Shown: positions 20,477 through 30,652 of the stretch, one piece after another
How positions within the stretch are numbered: position 1 is the first letter of the stretch
How the letters are laid out: every line of letters starts with the position of its first letter
DNA from: an uncultured delta proteobacterium
GTDB lineage: Bacteria > Myxococcota > Myxococcia > Myxococcales > Myxococcaceae
Length of the DNA stretch: 64,000 bases
Direction of reading: 5' to 3'
Assembly (NCBI GenBank): GCA_963776345.1
Contig: CAVZMH010000014.1
Location: forward strand, 32,001 to 96,000
Made by a program: the position numbers and the translations under genes
The notes under the pieces: generated by a model
Databases searched by the model: none
Seen by the model: the letters and a program-made list of their open reading frames with translations, nothing else
Told to the model about the DNA's origin: nothing

Positions 20477-21445
20477 TCAGCGCTCGCCGGAGGCGGGCCG
20501 CTCGAGCGTCATCGCGACCGAGTTCGCAAGCTGCTCGGAGAAGAGCCGGTTGTTGAAGAGCGCCCAGGCGGGCGCCACGGTGACGTCGGCGACGGGAAGG
20601 TTGCCCCGGACGCCCGCGACGGGAAGGTTGCCCCGGACGTCGGCGACGGGAAGGTTGCCCCGGACGTCGGCGACGGGAAGGTTGCCCCGGACGTCGGCGA
20701 CGGGAAGGTTGCCCCGGACGTCGGCGACGGGAAGGTTGCCCCGGACGTCGGCGACGGGAAGGTTGCCCCGGACGCCCGCGACGGGAAGGTTGCCCCGGAC
20801 GCCCGCGACGGGAAGGTTGCCCCGGACGCCGGCGACGGGAAGGTTGCCCCGGACGTCGGCGACGGGAAGGTTGCCCCGGACGTCGGCGACGGGAAGGTTG
20901 CCCCGGACGTCGGCGACGGGAAGGTTGCCCCGGACGTCGGCGACGGGAAGGTTGCCCCGGACGTCGGCGACGGGAAGGTTGCCCCGGACGTCGGCGACGG
21001 GAAGGTTGCCCCGGACGTCGGCGACGGGAAGGTTGCCCCGGACGTCGGCGACGGGAAGGTTGCCGGGGGCGCCCCGCACCGACGTCTGGTTCACGACCTG
21101 CACCGCGCGCGCGAGCATCGCCCGCACCGTGGCCGGGTTTCCGCTCCGCGCCGCCCGCGCGAACTCGGCCACGAACCCCGGCTGCGCGCTCTCGACCGCG
21201 TCGATGAGCCGCGCCCGCGCGTCGGACATCGCCGCCAGCTCGCCCTGGTCACTCACGTAGAGTTCGGGCCGCAAATGGTCGCGCGCCTCGGGGAGAACGC
21301 TGGCCAACGGCCCGCTCCCGAACACGACGCCCTCGAGGATCTGCCGATCCGTGAAGTCCTGATTGACCGCGACACCCTGCCCACAACCGAGCGCAGCAAC
21401 CCAGCAGAACGACGTCACGACGACCAGCTTCGCCGAGCGGTGCAT
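20477..21445 (-). CDS. sdpC: SdpC-family precursor with 18x 9-aa tandem repeat
   Basis: Signal peptide with possible lipobox (AALGC); prodomain ILEGVVFGSGPLA...PE...PGFVAEFARAARSGNP; repeats; tail RLFSEQLANSVAMTL; 1 nt from sdpA. Confidence 0.78.
   Translation of the reverse strand: MHRSAKLVVVTSFCWVAALGCGQGVAVNQDFTDRQILEGVVFGSGPLASVLPEARDHLRPELYVSDQGELAAMSDARARLIDAVESAQPGFVAEFARAARSGNPATVRAMLARAVQVVNQTSVRGAPGNLPVADVRGNLPVADVRGNLPVADVRGNLPVADVRGNLPVADVRGNLPVADVRGNLPVADVRGNLPVADVRGNLPVAGVRGNLPVAGVRGNLPVAGVRGNLPVADVRGNLPVADVRGNLPVADVRGNLPVADVRGNLPVADVRGNLPVAGVRGNLPVADVTVAPAWALFNNRLFSEQLANSVAMTLERPASGER
20579..21064 (-). repeat. 27-bp coding tandem repeat x18 (GNLPVA[D/G]VR)
   Basis: Plus-strand unit CCGGACGTCGGCGACGGGAAGGTTGCC; 486 nt; 14 Asp and 4 Gly variants. 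Confidence 0.98.
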
Positions 21446-21578
21446 GTGGTCCCCCTGGTGAGGTCAGGCGTGCAGAACGTCATGAGACACACGAATGCCT
21501 ACCCTCGGCAAGTCCTCACCGACCCGCGGGGCTGTTTGCACCTCGGCTCTCCAGCCGGGATGGGTCAAATGGGACAGC

Positions 21579-21595
21579 GTGTGACGTTGTCACAC
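21579..21595. promoter_or_regulatory. Inverted repeat GTGTGAC-GTT-GTCACAC (operator or hairpin)
   Basis: Perfect 7-bp arms between the pccB stop and the sdpC start. Confidence 0.4.
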
Positions 21596-21615
21596 CTGCA
21601 CAAGGCTACAGGTCG

Positions 21616-23178
21616 CTACAGGGGGATGTTCCCGTGCTTCCGGGCGGGGTTCTCCTGGCGCTTGTCCTTGAGCATCTCCAGCGCCCGGACCAGCTTCTCC
21701 CGCGTCTGCTCGGGACGGATCACCTCGTCGATGTACCCGAGCTCGGCGGCCTTGAAAGGATTGGCGAATTTCTCCCGGTAGTCGGCCACCAGCCGGGCGC
21801 GTTCGGCGGTCTGATCCGACGCCTTTGCCAGCTCGTTGCGGAAGATGATGTTCACCGCCCCCTCGGGCCCCATCACCGCGATCTCCGCCGTGGGCCAGGC
21901 GTAGTTCACGTCCGCCCGGATGTGCTTGCTGGCCATGACGTCGTAGGCCCCGCCGTACGCCTTGCGGGTGATGACCGTCACCTTGGGCACCGTGGCCTCG
22001 GCGAACGCGTAGAGCAGCTTCGCCCCGTGGGTGATGATCCCGCCCCACTCCTGCGCGGTCCCGGGGAGGAACCCCGGCACGTCGACGAAGGTCACCAGCG
22101 GGAGGTTGAAGCAGTCGCAGAGGCGCACGAAGCGCGCCGCCTTCACGCTGGCCGAGATGTCCAGCACGCCCGCGAGCACCGCCGGCTGGTTGGCCACGAT
22201 GCCCACCGAGCGCCCATTCAGTCGCGCGAAGCCCACCACGATGTTCCGCGCGTAGTGCTCGTGCACCTCGAGGAAGTGATGCTGGTCCACCACCGCCCGG
22301 ACGACCTCCTTGATGTCGTAGGGCTTGTTGGGGTTGGGCGGGACCAGCGTCCGGAGCGAATCGTCGGCGCGGAACGGATCGTCCTCGGAGGCGATGACCG
22401 GCGGATCCTCGGCGTTGTTCGAGGGGAGGTACGAGAGCAGCTCGCGGACCGTCAGGATTCCGGCCTGCTCGTTCTCGGCCGCGAAGTGCGCCACGCCCGA
22501 CTTCTGGTTGTGCGCCAGCGCCCCGCCCAGGTCGTCCTTGGTCACCTCCTCGTGGGTCACCGTCTTGATGACCTCGGGGCCGGTGATGAACATGTAGCTG
22601 GTGTCCTTGGTCATCACGATGAAGTCGGTGATGGCCGGCGAGTACACCGCCCCGCCCGCGCACGGGCCGAGGATCAGCGAGATCTGCGGCACCACGCCGG
22701 AGGCCAGCGTGTTGCGGAGGAAGATGTCCGCGTACCCGGCGAGGCTCTCCACGCCCTCCTGGATGCGCGCCCCGCCCGAGTCGTTGAGCCCGACGATCGG
22801 CGCCCCCACCCGGGTGGCGAGGTCCATCACCTTGCAGATCTTCTGGGCGTAGGCGCCGGACAGCGAGCCGCCGAAGACGGTGAAGTCCTGGGCGAAGACG
22901 AAGACCTGCCGGCCGTCGACCCGACCGTAGCCCGTCACCACCCCGTCGCCGGGGATGCGCTTGTCGCCCATCCCGAACTCGGCGCTGCGGTGCATGACGA
23001 ACTTGTCCAGCTCGACGAAGGTGCCGGGGTCGAGCAGGAGGTCCAGCCGCTCGCGGGCGGTGAGCTTCCCCGCCTCGTGCTGCTTGGCGATGCGCTCGGC
23101 TCCGCCGCCGAGCTCGGCCTGCCGCTCCAGGGCGTCCAGGCGGGCGCGGAGCGGGTCTGGGTCGGGAGGGGCATCCAT
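21616..23178 (-). CDS. pccB: Propionyl-CoA carboxylase carboxyltransferase subunit
   Basis: [55 protein letters not shown]. Confidence 0.95.
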   Translation of the reverse strand: MDAPPDPDPLRARLDALERQAELGGGAERIAKQHEAGKLTARERLDLLLDPGTFVELDKFVMHRSAEFGMGDKRIPGDGVVTGYGRVDGRQVFVFAQDFTVFGGSLSGAYAQKICKVMDLATRVGAPIVGLNDSGGARIQEGVESLAGYADIFLRNTLASGVVPQISLILGPCAGGAVYSPAITDFIVMTKDTSYMFITGPEVIKTVTHEEVTKDDLGGALAHNQKSGVAHFAAENEQAGILTVRELLSYLPSNNAEDPPVIASEDDPFRADDSLRTLVPPNPNKPYDIKEVVRAVVDQHHFLEVHEHYARNIVVGFARLNGRSVGIVANQPAVLAGVLDISASVKAARFVRLCDCFNLPLVTFVDVPGFLPGTAQEWGGIITHGAKLLYAFAEATVPKVTVITRKAYGGAYDVMASKHIRADVNYAWPTAEIAVMGPEGAVNIIFRNELAKASDQTAERARLVADYREKFANPFKAAELGYIDEVIRPEQTREKLVRALEMLKDKRQENPARKHGNIPL

Positions 23179-23198
23179 GGTGGCAGGCGCTTTAGCAC

Positions 23199-23861
23199 GT
23201 GTGCCAGGATGCTCCGCCGCTCGTCGGAGTCCCGGTGACCGGCCGGACCGGACGCTCGACGGCCCCTGCCCCGGTGACCCTGCCGATCCCCGTCCGCTGC
23301 AGCGCCCTCGTCCTGCTGGTGTCGCTCGTCGCCCGGGCCGAACCCGCGCCGGCCGCGGCGACGGAGCCCGTGACGCCGCTGGTGCGGGTGGGGGCCGAGA
23401 CCGGCGGTGGAATCGTCGGTGGGCTGCTGATCGGCGGGGCCGCGGCGTGGATCACCTACGCCACGCTGAACACGCAAGGAGACGACGCCTCGCGGCGGTC
23501 GGCGGCGCAGCTCGCGGGGGCGGTGGGCGTCTCGGTCGGCGCGCCGATCGGCGTCTCGCTCACCGGGAAGCTGCTCGGACGGGAGGGGAGCTTCATCATC
23601 AGCTGGCTCAGCAGCGTGGCCGGGCTGGGCGTGGGCTACGGCATCTACGGGCTGGTTCGCTCCGGGAGCGACAGCCCCGCGGCGAAGGCCACCTACGCGC
23701 TCACGCTCCTGCTCCCGGTGGCGGGCGCGGTCATCGGCTACGAGCTGTCCTCGTCCGGCGAGCCCCAGCCGAACACGGCCACCTCGGACCTCCCGGGGCT
23801 CCTGCCGGCGGTGGCGGTGGGCCCGGGCGGCGCGACCTTCGCGCTGGTCGGCCGGTTCTGA
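23199..23861 (+). CDS. Hypothetical Gly-rich membrane protein (start uncertain)
   Basis: Glycine-zipper-like helices; ends LVGRF. Confidence 0.6.
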   Translation: MCQDAPPLVGVPVTGRTGRSTAPAPVTLPIPVRCSALVLLVSLVARAEPAPAAATEPVTPLVRVGAETGGGIVGGLLIGGAAAWITYATLNTQGDDASRRSAAQLAGAVGVSVGAPIGVSLTGKLLGREGSFIISWLSSVAGLGVGYGIYGLVRSGSDSPAAKATYALTLLLPVAGAVIGYELSSSGEPQPNTATSDLPGLLPAVAVGPGGATFALVGRF

Positions 23862-23883
23862 GGCGCGGGGCGCGTCCGGGGGC

Positions 23884-26085
23884 TCACCCGTCCACGGCGC
23901 GGAGTCGCGGGTCGAGCAGCGCCTCCTCCCAGCGGGCGATGGCCGCCTTGCGCTCGGGCGCGGGCGCATCCGGCGAGTAACCCAGCGTGTCTCCCAGCGC
24001 GTCGGCCAGCTCCTCGGCCGCGGCCGAGCGGAGCCACGGCTCGGGGTGCCTGAGCGCGGCGAGCAGCCACTGCACCCGGCGGTGCCCCTTGTTCTCGGCC
24101 CACCACGCCATCCAGCCGTGGGTGCTGGTGCCGAACGAGGCCCGGGTGAGCTCGATCAGCGCCTCGGCCGCCGCCTGCGCCGAGAGCGCGTCGTCGCTCG
24201 CGGTCAGGCCGATGAGGCCCTCGATCGAGGCACGGTCGTGGAGCACGCCGAGCGCGCGGGCGGCGAGGACCCGCCGCTCGGGGTCCTTCGCCACCAGCTC
24301 CTGGCGCAGGTCGGGGAGCGCCGCCTGGAACCGGGGAAGCCGGCACAGCGCCGTCGCCGCCGCCCGCGCCGCCGAGGATACGTCTGGCTCGGGGTCGAAC
24401 AGCCCGCGCAGCACGCCGGGCACCAGCTCGGGGTACGGCAGGTTCCCCGCGGTGAGCAGCGCCACGTAGCGCGTGTCCGCGTCGGGGGCGTCGAGGAACT
24501 TCGCCAGCGCCCGGGCCCCGGCGGCGCCGAGCCGGGCGAGGCCGGCCGGGACGGGTCCCAGCTCATCCGGCGCGGGCAGCTCGACCACCGGCACCCGGCT
24601 CCAGGCGCTCGGGCCCGGGAACTGCGCGCCGAGCGCCCGTGCCGCGGCGTCCGGCGCGCGGGTGAGATCGGAGATGGCCGCCGCCCGTGCCGTGGCGTCG
24701 GCCCCCACCAGCCGCTCGAGCACCGGGCCGAGGTCGGCCGGCGCCGTCGCAGGCGGGGCACGGTCGAGACCCTCGAGCGTGCGCCTCGGCGCGCCGCCGA
24801 GGCCGAGCGCTCCGGGGGCCTCGGCCGAGGGCGGCTCGTCCTCCGGGAAGCGGCGCTGCTTCCGGAGAACGATCAGCTCGGCGAAGGCGGGGCCCAGGTC
24901 CTGGCAGAAGAGGATCAGCTCCGACAGCCGGCGCTGGCTCACCGGACGCTCCCCGCGGTCTCCGTAGAGCACGGCCACCAGGCGGCCGCGGACCTCGACC
25001 GGGAAGACGAAGACCGAGCGCGGGCGCCGGCCGAGCGCGTCCAGCACCTGCCGGGTGAGCGCGTCGCCGGGGACCGGTCCGGCGTAGCACGCGTGGGCGA
25101 GCGCGGTGGTGCGGAACACCGAGGGCACGTCGAGCGGGAACGAGACCTGCGCGACCGCGATGGCGTCCGCGCCCTCGCCGCGGGCGTCCCATCCCATGGC
25201 GGTCCCGCGCACCACGGCGAAGGCGGCCAGAAAGTCGAAGGTGCGCCGGGCATACCGGAGCACCACGTCCTTGAGCCCCTCGCGATCGCCGGCCACGGCC
25301 CGGAGCGCGGTGCGCGCCTCCGCCAGCGACCAATCCACCACCGGCTCCCGCCCGCGCGCGCCGTCCGCCGCCGTGCCGCGCGCCCGGCGCGGTCCCCGGG
25401 GCCGCGCTGGCTCGGGTTGCCAGGCGGGAAGCTCGGGCTCGGCCGCGGCGACGCCGGCCTCGAGCGCCTCCAGCAACGAGCCGGACGACTCCAGCGCGAG
25501 CGGCGGCTCGGGCTCGGGCGGAGGCTCGGGGCGGGGGTTCATCAGGGGGAGCGGCTCCTGGGCGACTGCCCGGGCCGCCTGCTCCGCCATCTCGGTGGCC
25601 AGCCGCTCCTCGAGCGTGGGCCCCAGCGTCCCGAGCAGCGCGGAGTCACGGGCCGGCAGCGGCGCGCCGTAGATCTGCGTGCGCCAGGCGCGGACCCGCA
25701 CGTCGGTCGAGACCCACGGCGCCACCGAGCGCCCCAGCTTCCGGACCAGGGCCTCCAGGCCGCGCATCGGCACCGGGTACGGGACGGCCACGTGGAGCAT
25801 CCCGTCCTCGACCGAGAGCGGGGCGAGGTTCAGCCGCTCGGCGTCCTCACGTGGCAGGGCGGCGGCCATCGCTGGATTGGGCACGTAGTCGGCGAGGTAG
25901 ATGGGCTGGAGCCCGCTCACCTCGCCCAGCGCGGTCACGAGATCCTGCTCGCGGACCGCGCCCATTTCCAAGAGAAGCGTGTCCATCGCCCCCCCCACCA
26001 GGGCCTGCGAGCGCAGCGCATCCTCGGCCCGCTCCGGGGTCAGCAGACCGCGGGCGACGAGGTGCTCTTCCAGACGTTCGGTCAT
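23884..26085 (-). CDS. MshEN/GSPII_E-N + GAF-like + HEAT-repeat protein (FrgA-like)
   Basis: RLEEHLVARGLL...EDAL N-terminus; FPVEVRGRLVAVLYGD; HEAT repeats. Confidence 0.7.
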   Translation of the reverse strand: MTERLEEHLVARGLLTPERAEDALRSQALVGGAMDTLLLEMGAVREQDLVTALGEVSGLQPIYLADYVPNPAMAAALPREDAERLNLAPLSVEDGMLHVAVPYPVPMRGLEALVRKLGRSVAPWVSTDVRVRAWRTQIYGAPLPARDSALLGTLGPTLEERLATEMAEQAARAVAQEPLPLMNPRPEPPPEPEPPLALESSGSLLEALEAGVAAAEPELPAWQPEPARPRGPRRARGTAADGARGREPVVDWSLAEARTALRAVAGDREGLKDVVLRYARRTFDFLAAFAVVRGTAMGWDARGEGADAIAVAQVSFPLDVPSVFRTTALAHACYAGPVPGDALTRQVLDALGRRPRSVFVFPVEVRGRLVAVLYGDRGERPVSQRRLSELILFCQDLGPAFAELIVLRKQRRFPEDEPPSAEAPGALGLGGAPRRTLEGLDRAPPATAPADLGPVLERLVGADATARAAAISDLTRAPDAAARALGAQFPGPSAWSRVPVVELPAPDELGPVPAGLARLGAAGARALAKFLDAPDADTRYVALLTAGNLPYPELVPGVLRGLFDPEPDVSSAARAAATALCRLPRFQAALPDLRQELVAKDPERRVLAARALGVLHDRASIEGLIGLTASDDALSAQAAAEALIELTRASFGTSTHGWMAWWAENKGHRRVQWLLAALRHPEPWLRSAAAEELADALGDTLGYSPDAPAPERKAAIARWEEALLDPRLRAVDG

Positions 26086-26115
26086 TCGCCGGCCGCCATA
26101 CTAGGGCGGCGCGCG

Positions 26116-28271
26116 TCAGCCGGGACGGACGACGAACGTCTGGGTCAACTTGTCGTGCAGCGTCTGTCCGCGCCGGTCGAAGAGGGCCAGCCAGAACCCG
26201 GCGAGGAAGGGGACGAACGAGACCACCGCCAGCACCGCGCGGGCGATGGCCCGGCCAGGTGCCGGAGCCAGGCCGGTGCGGTCCACCAGGCGGATGCCGA
26301 GGAGGCGCCTTCCCGGGGTGCGGCCGTCCCAGAGCAGCGCGAAGGCGGCGGTGTAGACGAGGCCGAGCACCAGCGCGAGGGCGACGCACGGAGCGAGCAC
26401 CGCGTGGAGCTGGTGCACCCGGGCCATCACCCCGTCGATGCCGCTGAGCTGGGTGGTCGGGACTCCGTGCGGGGCGATGAGCGCCGCCGCCAGGCCGACG
26501 TAGACAGCCAGCACGGCGCCGACCAGCGTGCCGTCCACGATGAAGGCGGTGATGCGCTGCCACAGGGCGGCGGGGCGGGCGCGGACCTCGATGATCTCGG
26601 GGTCGGGCGCGACACCGGCCAGGTCCCGGGGTCGGTGGAGGCGAACGCCGGGGCGGGGAGAGGCTCGATGCGCGGCGTGCGCGTCGGGGTGGGGTGAGGG
26701 GACGGCGCGGGCGGTTCCGAGCCCAGCAGCTCGGTCATCATCGGCGAGGAGGGTGTGGTGGTCGCCGGGGTGAGCGGCGTCGGCCCTTCCGGGAAGCGCG
26801 GCTCGGTCGGGGGGAGAGGCTCGGTCCGCGGAGCGACGCCCATCAGCTCGGCCATCGTCGGCGACATCGGGGCCGGTCCGCGCCCGGGAGCCGGCCGTGG
26901 CTCCACGGGCGTCAGGATCGGCGGGCCCATGGCCGGCGTGGGCTCCTCGGTGAAGCGGGGTGTCCGCGCGGCCGCGGCGGGGGTCGACGGAGAGCTCGGC
27001 GCTCTCGCAGGCGCGGCCGGCCGATCGGCCTGCGCGGGCGTCGACGTGCGCGGGGTGAGGCCCGGCATCGGAGGCGTGGTCGGCGCCGCGACCGGCTCGC
27101 GTGCCGTGGCGGTCCTGGGGGCGGCGCTCGGTGCTGGAGCGGCGCCCGCGGCGGGTGCTGCGCGAGGCTGCGGTGTCGTCGTGAGGGGAGGGGTCCGCGT
27201 CGCGGCCGGGGGCACCGGCGCTGGCGGTCGTGGCTCCAGGGCGGCAAGAGGCATCGGCGCGGGCGGAGCGGCGCCCGTGGCCGGGCGGGCGGAGGAGCCG
27301 GGCCGGGGCTCCTCGGGAGAGCGTGGCATCTGGGACGCCGGGACGGACGGGGAGCTCGGCGCCCTCGGCGGGGGCAGTGGCTGCGTGGACCGTGCCGTCG
27401 ACGGAAGCGAGCTGCCGAGGGCTGGACCCGGCGCCGCCGCGGGGGTGGACCCGGGGACGGAACCTGCCGGGGGCGCACGGGGACCGGGGGGCCCGGAGGT
27501 GGAGGCCGTGGATGGCCCGGCGCCCGGTGCGGCAGGGCGCGGGGCCGCGGGCCAGGCAGCGGCTGCCGCCTGCGCCTGAGCGGTGCGCGGGTCCGGTGAG
27601 CGCGCGGTGGGCCCGGTTGCCGGCGGGGCCGGGGTGGCCGTCAAGGTGGGCGGGCGCGGCAACGGCGAGGAGCCCGCGCCGGTGGGGACGCTGCTCGCGC
27701 TCCGGGGTGGCGGGAGTCCCGCTCCGGCGGGCGCTGCCGGCGGTGCCGAGGGCGTCATCGAGCGCGGCCAGGACGGCATCGTGGTCGACGGGATCGGCGC
27801 CGGAGGGCGGCGCGGGCTCGCCGTCGGCCCGGCCGGGCTCGCCGTCGAGGACGGCGCCCCGGGGGAGGTCGTCGGGCGCGCACCAGGAATAGGCGTGGCG
27901 CCCGCCGGGCCTGGCGGCGCGCGTCCGGGAGCGGCTGCTCCTGCGCCCTGGCCCGGGGCGGCGCCGGGAGGGGGCCGCGGCACGGGTGTCAGCACCGGAG
28001 GCCGGGAGGCGAAGGCTGCGCCCGGTCGCGGGACGGGCGTCAGCATGGGGATGTGGTGGCCCGGCGTGGGTGCTCCCGGCGGCTCGAGCTGGAAGGGCGC
28101 GGGCGTTGCGCGCGACGGCGTCGGCGGCGGGGTCTGGCGACGGTCGAGCGAGAGGTCCCGGCTCAGGATCTCCGGCGGCGGCGGCGCGGGCATGCCCGGT
28201 TCGCAGGCCGTGCAGTCGCCGTGTGGCGGCAACTCGGCGCCGCATCTCAGGCACTTGGACACGTCGGGCAT
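26116..28271 (-). CDS. Zinc-ribbon + Pro-rich linker + RDD domain protein; frameshift near 26625
   Basis: CLRC...CTAC at the N-terminus; RITAFIVD, GRTPGRRLLGIR, QTLHDKLTQT in another frame. Confidence 0.75.
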
Positions 28272-28347
28272 GAAAGGCCGGATGCCCGGGGGACGCAAGA
28301 AACGGGCAGGCAGCCTGTTCGCCCGGGACCGGTCGCCCCCCGGGGAA

Positions 28348-28392
28348 AGGTGCCAAACACCTCGTTACCGAGGTGCCAATCACCTCGTGACC
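28348..28392 (-). repeat. REP tandem pair
   Basis: AGGTGCCAAACACCTCGTTACC followed by GAGGTGCCAATCACCTCGTGACC. Confidence 0.9.
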
Positions 28393-28396
28393 GACC

Positions 28397-29116
28397 TCAG
28401 CCGAGGAGCCCGTCGAGGTGACGGAGCACCGCCAGCGCGGCGAGCCCGGCAGTTTCCGTCCGGAGTACCAGGGGCCCGAGCGAGACCGGCACGCCGCCGG
28501 CGGCGCGCAGCGCCGCGACCTCCTCGCGCGCGAGCCCGCCCTCGGGGCCGACCACCAGCGCCACCGGCCCGTCTCCCGCCGCGCGGCCCAGCCGCTCCGT
28601 CCGCTCCTCCTCGTCGAGCACCAGCAGCCGCACGCCCGCGGTGAGCGCCCGCACCGCCTCGTCGAGCGGACGGAGCGCTGCCACCTCGGGAACGTCCGTC
28701 CGGCCCGACTGCCGCGCCGCCTCCTCCACGATGCGCTGCCAGCGCGCGTGCCGGGCCGCCAGCGCCTCGGGCTTCGGCCGCGCCACCGACCGTGCCGTCA
28801 GCACCGGCCACACCGCCGAGACGCCGAGCTCGGTCGACTTCTGCAGCAGCCAGTCCAGCTTGTCCCCCTTGGGCAGCCCCTGGAGGAGGACCACGCTCCG
28901 CCCCGCCACGCCCCGCCGCTCGTCGCCGAGCCGGATCACCGCCGCGCCCTCGTCGATCGACTCGAGCCACGCCGCCCAGGCCCGCCCGCGGCCGTCGAAC
29001 ACCTCCACCGCCTCGCCCGGCACCACCCGGGCCACGCGCAGGTGGTGCAGCACCGGGCCTTCCACCCGGAGGCGCTCGGGAACGGGCGTGGGGACCTCGA
29101 GGCGGAGGCGGAACAT
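28397..29116 (-). CDS. rsmE: 16S rRNA m3U1498 methyltransferase
   Basis: HHLRVARV, KGDKLD..LQKSTELGV, EAARQSGR, VGPEGG, SLGPLVLRTETA. Confidence 0.95.
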   Translation of the reverse strand: MFRLRLEVPTPVPERLRVEGPVLHHLRVARVVPGEAVEVFDGRGRAWAAWLESIDEGAAVIRLGDERRGVAGRSVVLLQGLPKGDKLDWLLQKSTELGVSAVWPVLTARSVARPKPEALAARHARWQRIVEEAARQSGRTDVPEVAALRPLDEAVRALTAGVRLLVLDEEERTERLGRAAGDGPVALVVGPEGGLAREEVAALRAAGGVPVSLGPLVLRTETAGLAALAVLRHLDGLLG

Positions 29117-29124
29117 TCCCTGAC

Positions 29125-29982
29125 TCAGCCGACGCGGAAGTCGAGCCGCACCCAGTCGCCGATGCGGGCGCCGCCGTCGGACACCGCGCCCGCGCGCTCG
29201 AACGCCTCGCGCACCTCGTCCTCCTGGTGGATGAGCACCCCCGCCAGCACCAGGCGGCCGCGGGTGTGCCGGACCAGCGCCGGCGCGAGCTCCACCAGCG
29301 TGTTGGCCAGGATGTTCGCCAGCACCAGGTCGAAGGGTCCCTGGACCGCCTCGAGCGTGGCGCCGGAGAGCTCCACGCCCTCGATGCCGTTCGCCGCCGC
29401 GTTCTCCCGGGCCAGCGTCACCGACATCGGGTCGTTGTCCACGCCCACCACGCGGGCCGCCCCGAGCTTCCGGGCCATCAGGGCGAGCACGCCCGTCCCG
29501 GTGCCCACGTCGAGCACCGAGGCGCCCGGGTGTGCGGTGCAGAACGCCTCCACCGCGGCGAGGCACAGCGCGGTGGTCGGATGGTCCCCGGTGCCGAAGG
29601 CCATCTTCGGCTCGATGGTGAGCGCCACCGTCCCGCCAGGCGCGCTCTCCCACGGCGGCCCCACCCAGAGCCGGCCCACGCGCGTGGAGCGGATGCGCGA
29701 TCGCCAGGCCGTGGACCAGTCGGTGTCCGGCGCCTCCTCCAGCACTCCGCGGACTGCCGGCACCCAGGCCCGCACGTCCTCCAGCGCCGCCTCGGCCGGC
29801 GCGCGCCCGTCGAACCAGGCGACCACGATGGCCTCTCCTGGCGAGGGTCCGCGCACCCCGGGCATCGGCGGGGCCTCCCGGTCGCGGATCTCGAGGCCGG
29901 TGGCGCCCGCGTCCCAGAGGAGCGCCTCCACCCGCTCGGCCTCGGGCTCGGGCACGTCCAGGCTCAGCGAGACGGCGCTCAC
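29125..29982 (-). CDS. prmA: Ribosomal protein L11 methyltransferase
   Basis: IEPKMAFGTGDHPTT, LDVGTGTGVL, ANILA. Confidence 0.95.
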   Translation of the reverse strand: MSAVSLSLDVPEPEAERVEALLWDAGATGLEIRDREAPPMPGVRGPSPGEAIVVAWFDGRAPAEAALEDVRAWVPAVRGVLEEAPDTDWSTAWRSRIRSTRVGRLWVGPPWESAPGGTVALTIEPKMAFGTGDHPTTALCLAAVEAFCTAHPGASVLDVGTGTGVLALMARKLGAARVVGVDNDPMSVTLARENAAANGIEGVELSGATLEAVQGPFDLVLANILANTLVELAPALVRHTRGRLVLAGVLIHQEDEVREAFERAGAVSDGGARIGDWVRLDFRVG

Positions 29983-30284
29983 CCGCCGCGGCCGCGGAGC
30001 TGGAGGGGAATCCAGGTGTCCGGGGTGCGGCTCTCGAGAATCCGGAACAGGCCGCGCTGCACGTATTGCTCGAAGTGCGGGCTCGCCCGGTGCGCCTCGA
30101 GCGCCTTCTCGTCGTCGTACTGCTCGTAGAGAAAGAAGCGGCGCGGCTCCTGGTGGCTCCGGTGCACCTGGTACATCCGGCAGCCCGGCTCGCTCAGGGT
30201 GGCCTCGGTCATCCGGGTGAAGAGGTCCACCGCCTCGTCGTCGCGGTTGGGGAGCACCACGTAGGTCACGGCCACGCAGATCAT
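29979..30284 (-). CDS. ABM-family putative quinol monooxygenase
   Basis: EPGCRMY...FFLYEQY...AHRASPHF. Confidence 0.85.
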   Translation of the reverse strand: MICVAVTYVVLPNRDDEAVDLFTRMTEATLSEPGCRMYQVHRSHQEPRRFFLYEQYDDEKALEAHRASPHFEQYVQRGLFRILESRTPDTWIPLQLRGRGG

Positions 30285-30652
30285 CGCTCCGCTCCTCTCC
30301 GGAACAGCACCCGCGAGGCGAGCCGGCGGTTCCGGGCCACCAGCCAGTAGCCCAGCTCGACCGCCCACACCAGCGGCGGAAGCGAGAGCGCGCGCGACAG
30401 CAGACGGTGTCCGGTCCGCTCCAGCACCCAGAGACAGGCCCGGCCGGCCCGGAGCACGGTCCCGTCGGCAGTGACCACGTGCACCGCGCGGGAGCAGGCG
30501 GCCCGGAGCTCGGGCGTCATGGGGGGCGAGTCCGCCTGCTGGTACGGCACGGCCCGGAAGGAGTGGCCCGTGTCGCGGCGCTCCGCCCACTGGACGCCGC
30601 GGCGGCAGAAGCCGCAGTCGCCATCCCAGAGGAGGAGCGCCGGCGCGGTCAC
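30281..30652 (-). CDS. DCC-family thiol-disulfide oxidoreductase
   Basis: WDGDCGFC; GYWLVARNR. Confidence 0.88.
   Translation of the reverse strand: MTAPALLLWDGDCGFCRRGVQWAERRDTGHSFRAVPYQQADSPPMTPELRAACSRAVHVVTADGTVLRAGRACLWVLERTGHRLLSRALSLPPLVWAVELGYWLVARNRRLASRVLFRRGAER

Noticed and set aside
20579..21064. CRISPR array
   Set aside because: Contiguous 27-bp units without spacers, in frame within a signal-peptide ORF; no cas genes.
20349..21781. Plus-strand repeat ORFs (DVGDGKVAP / TGRLPRTSA)
   Set aside because: Antisense shadows of the sdpC-like gene, which has the signal peptide, family motifs and operon coupling.
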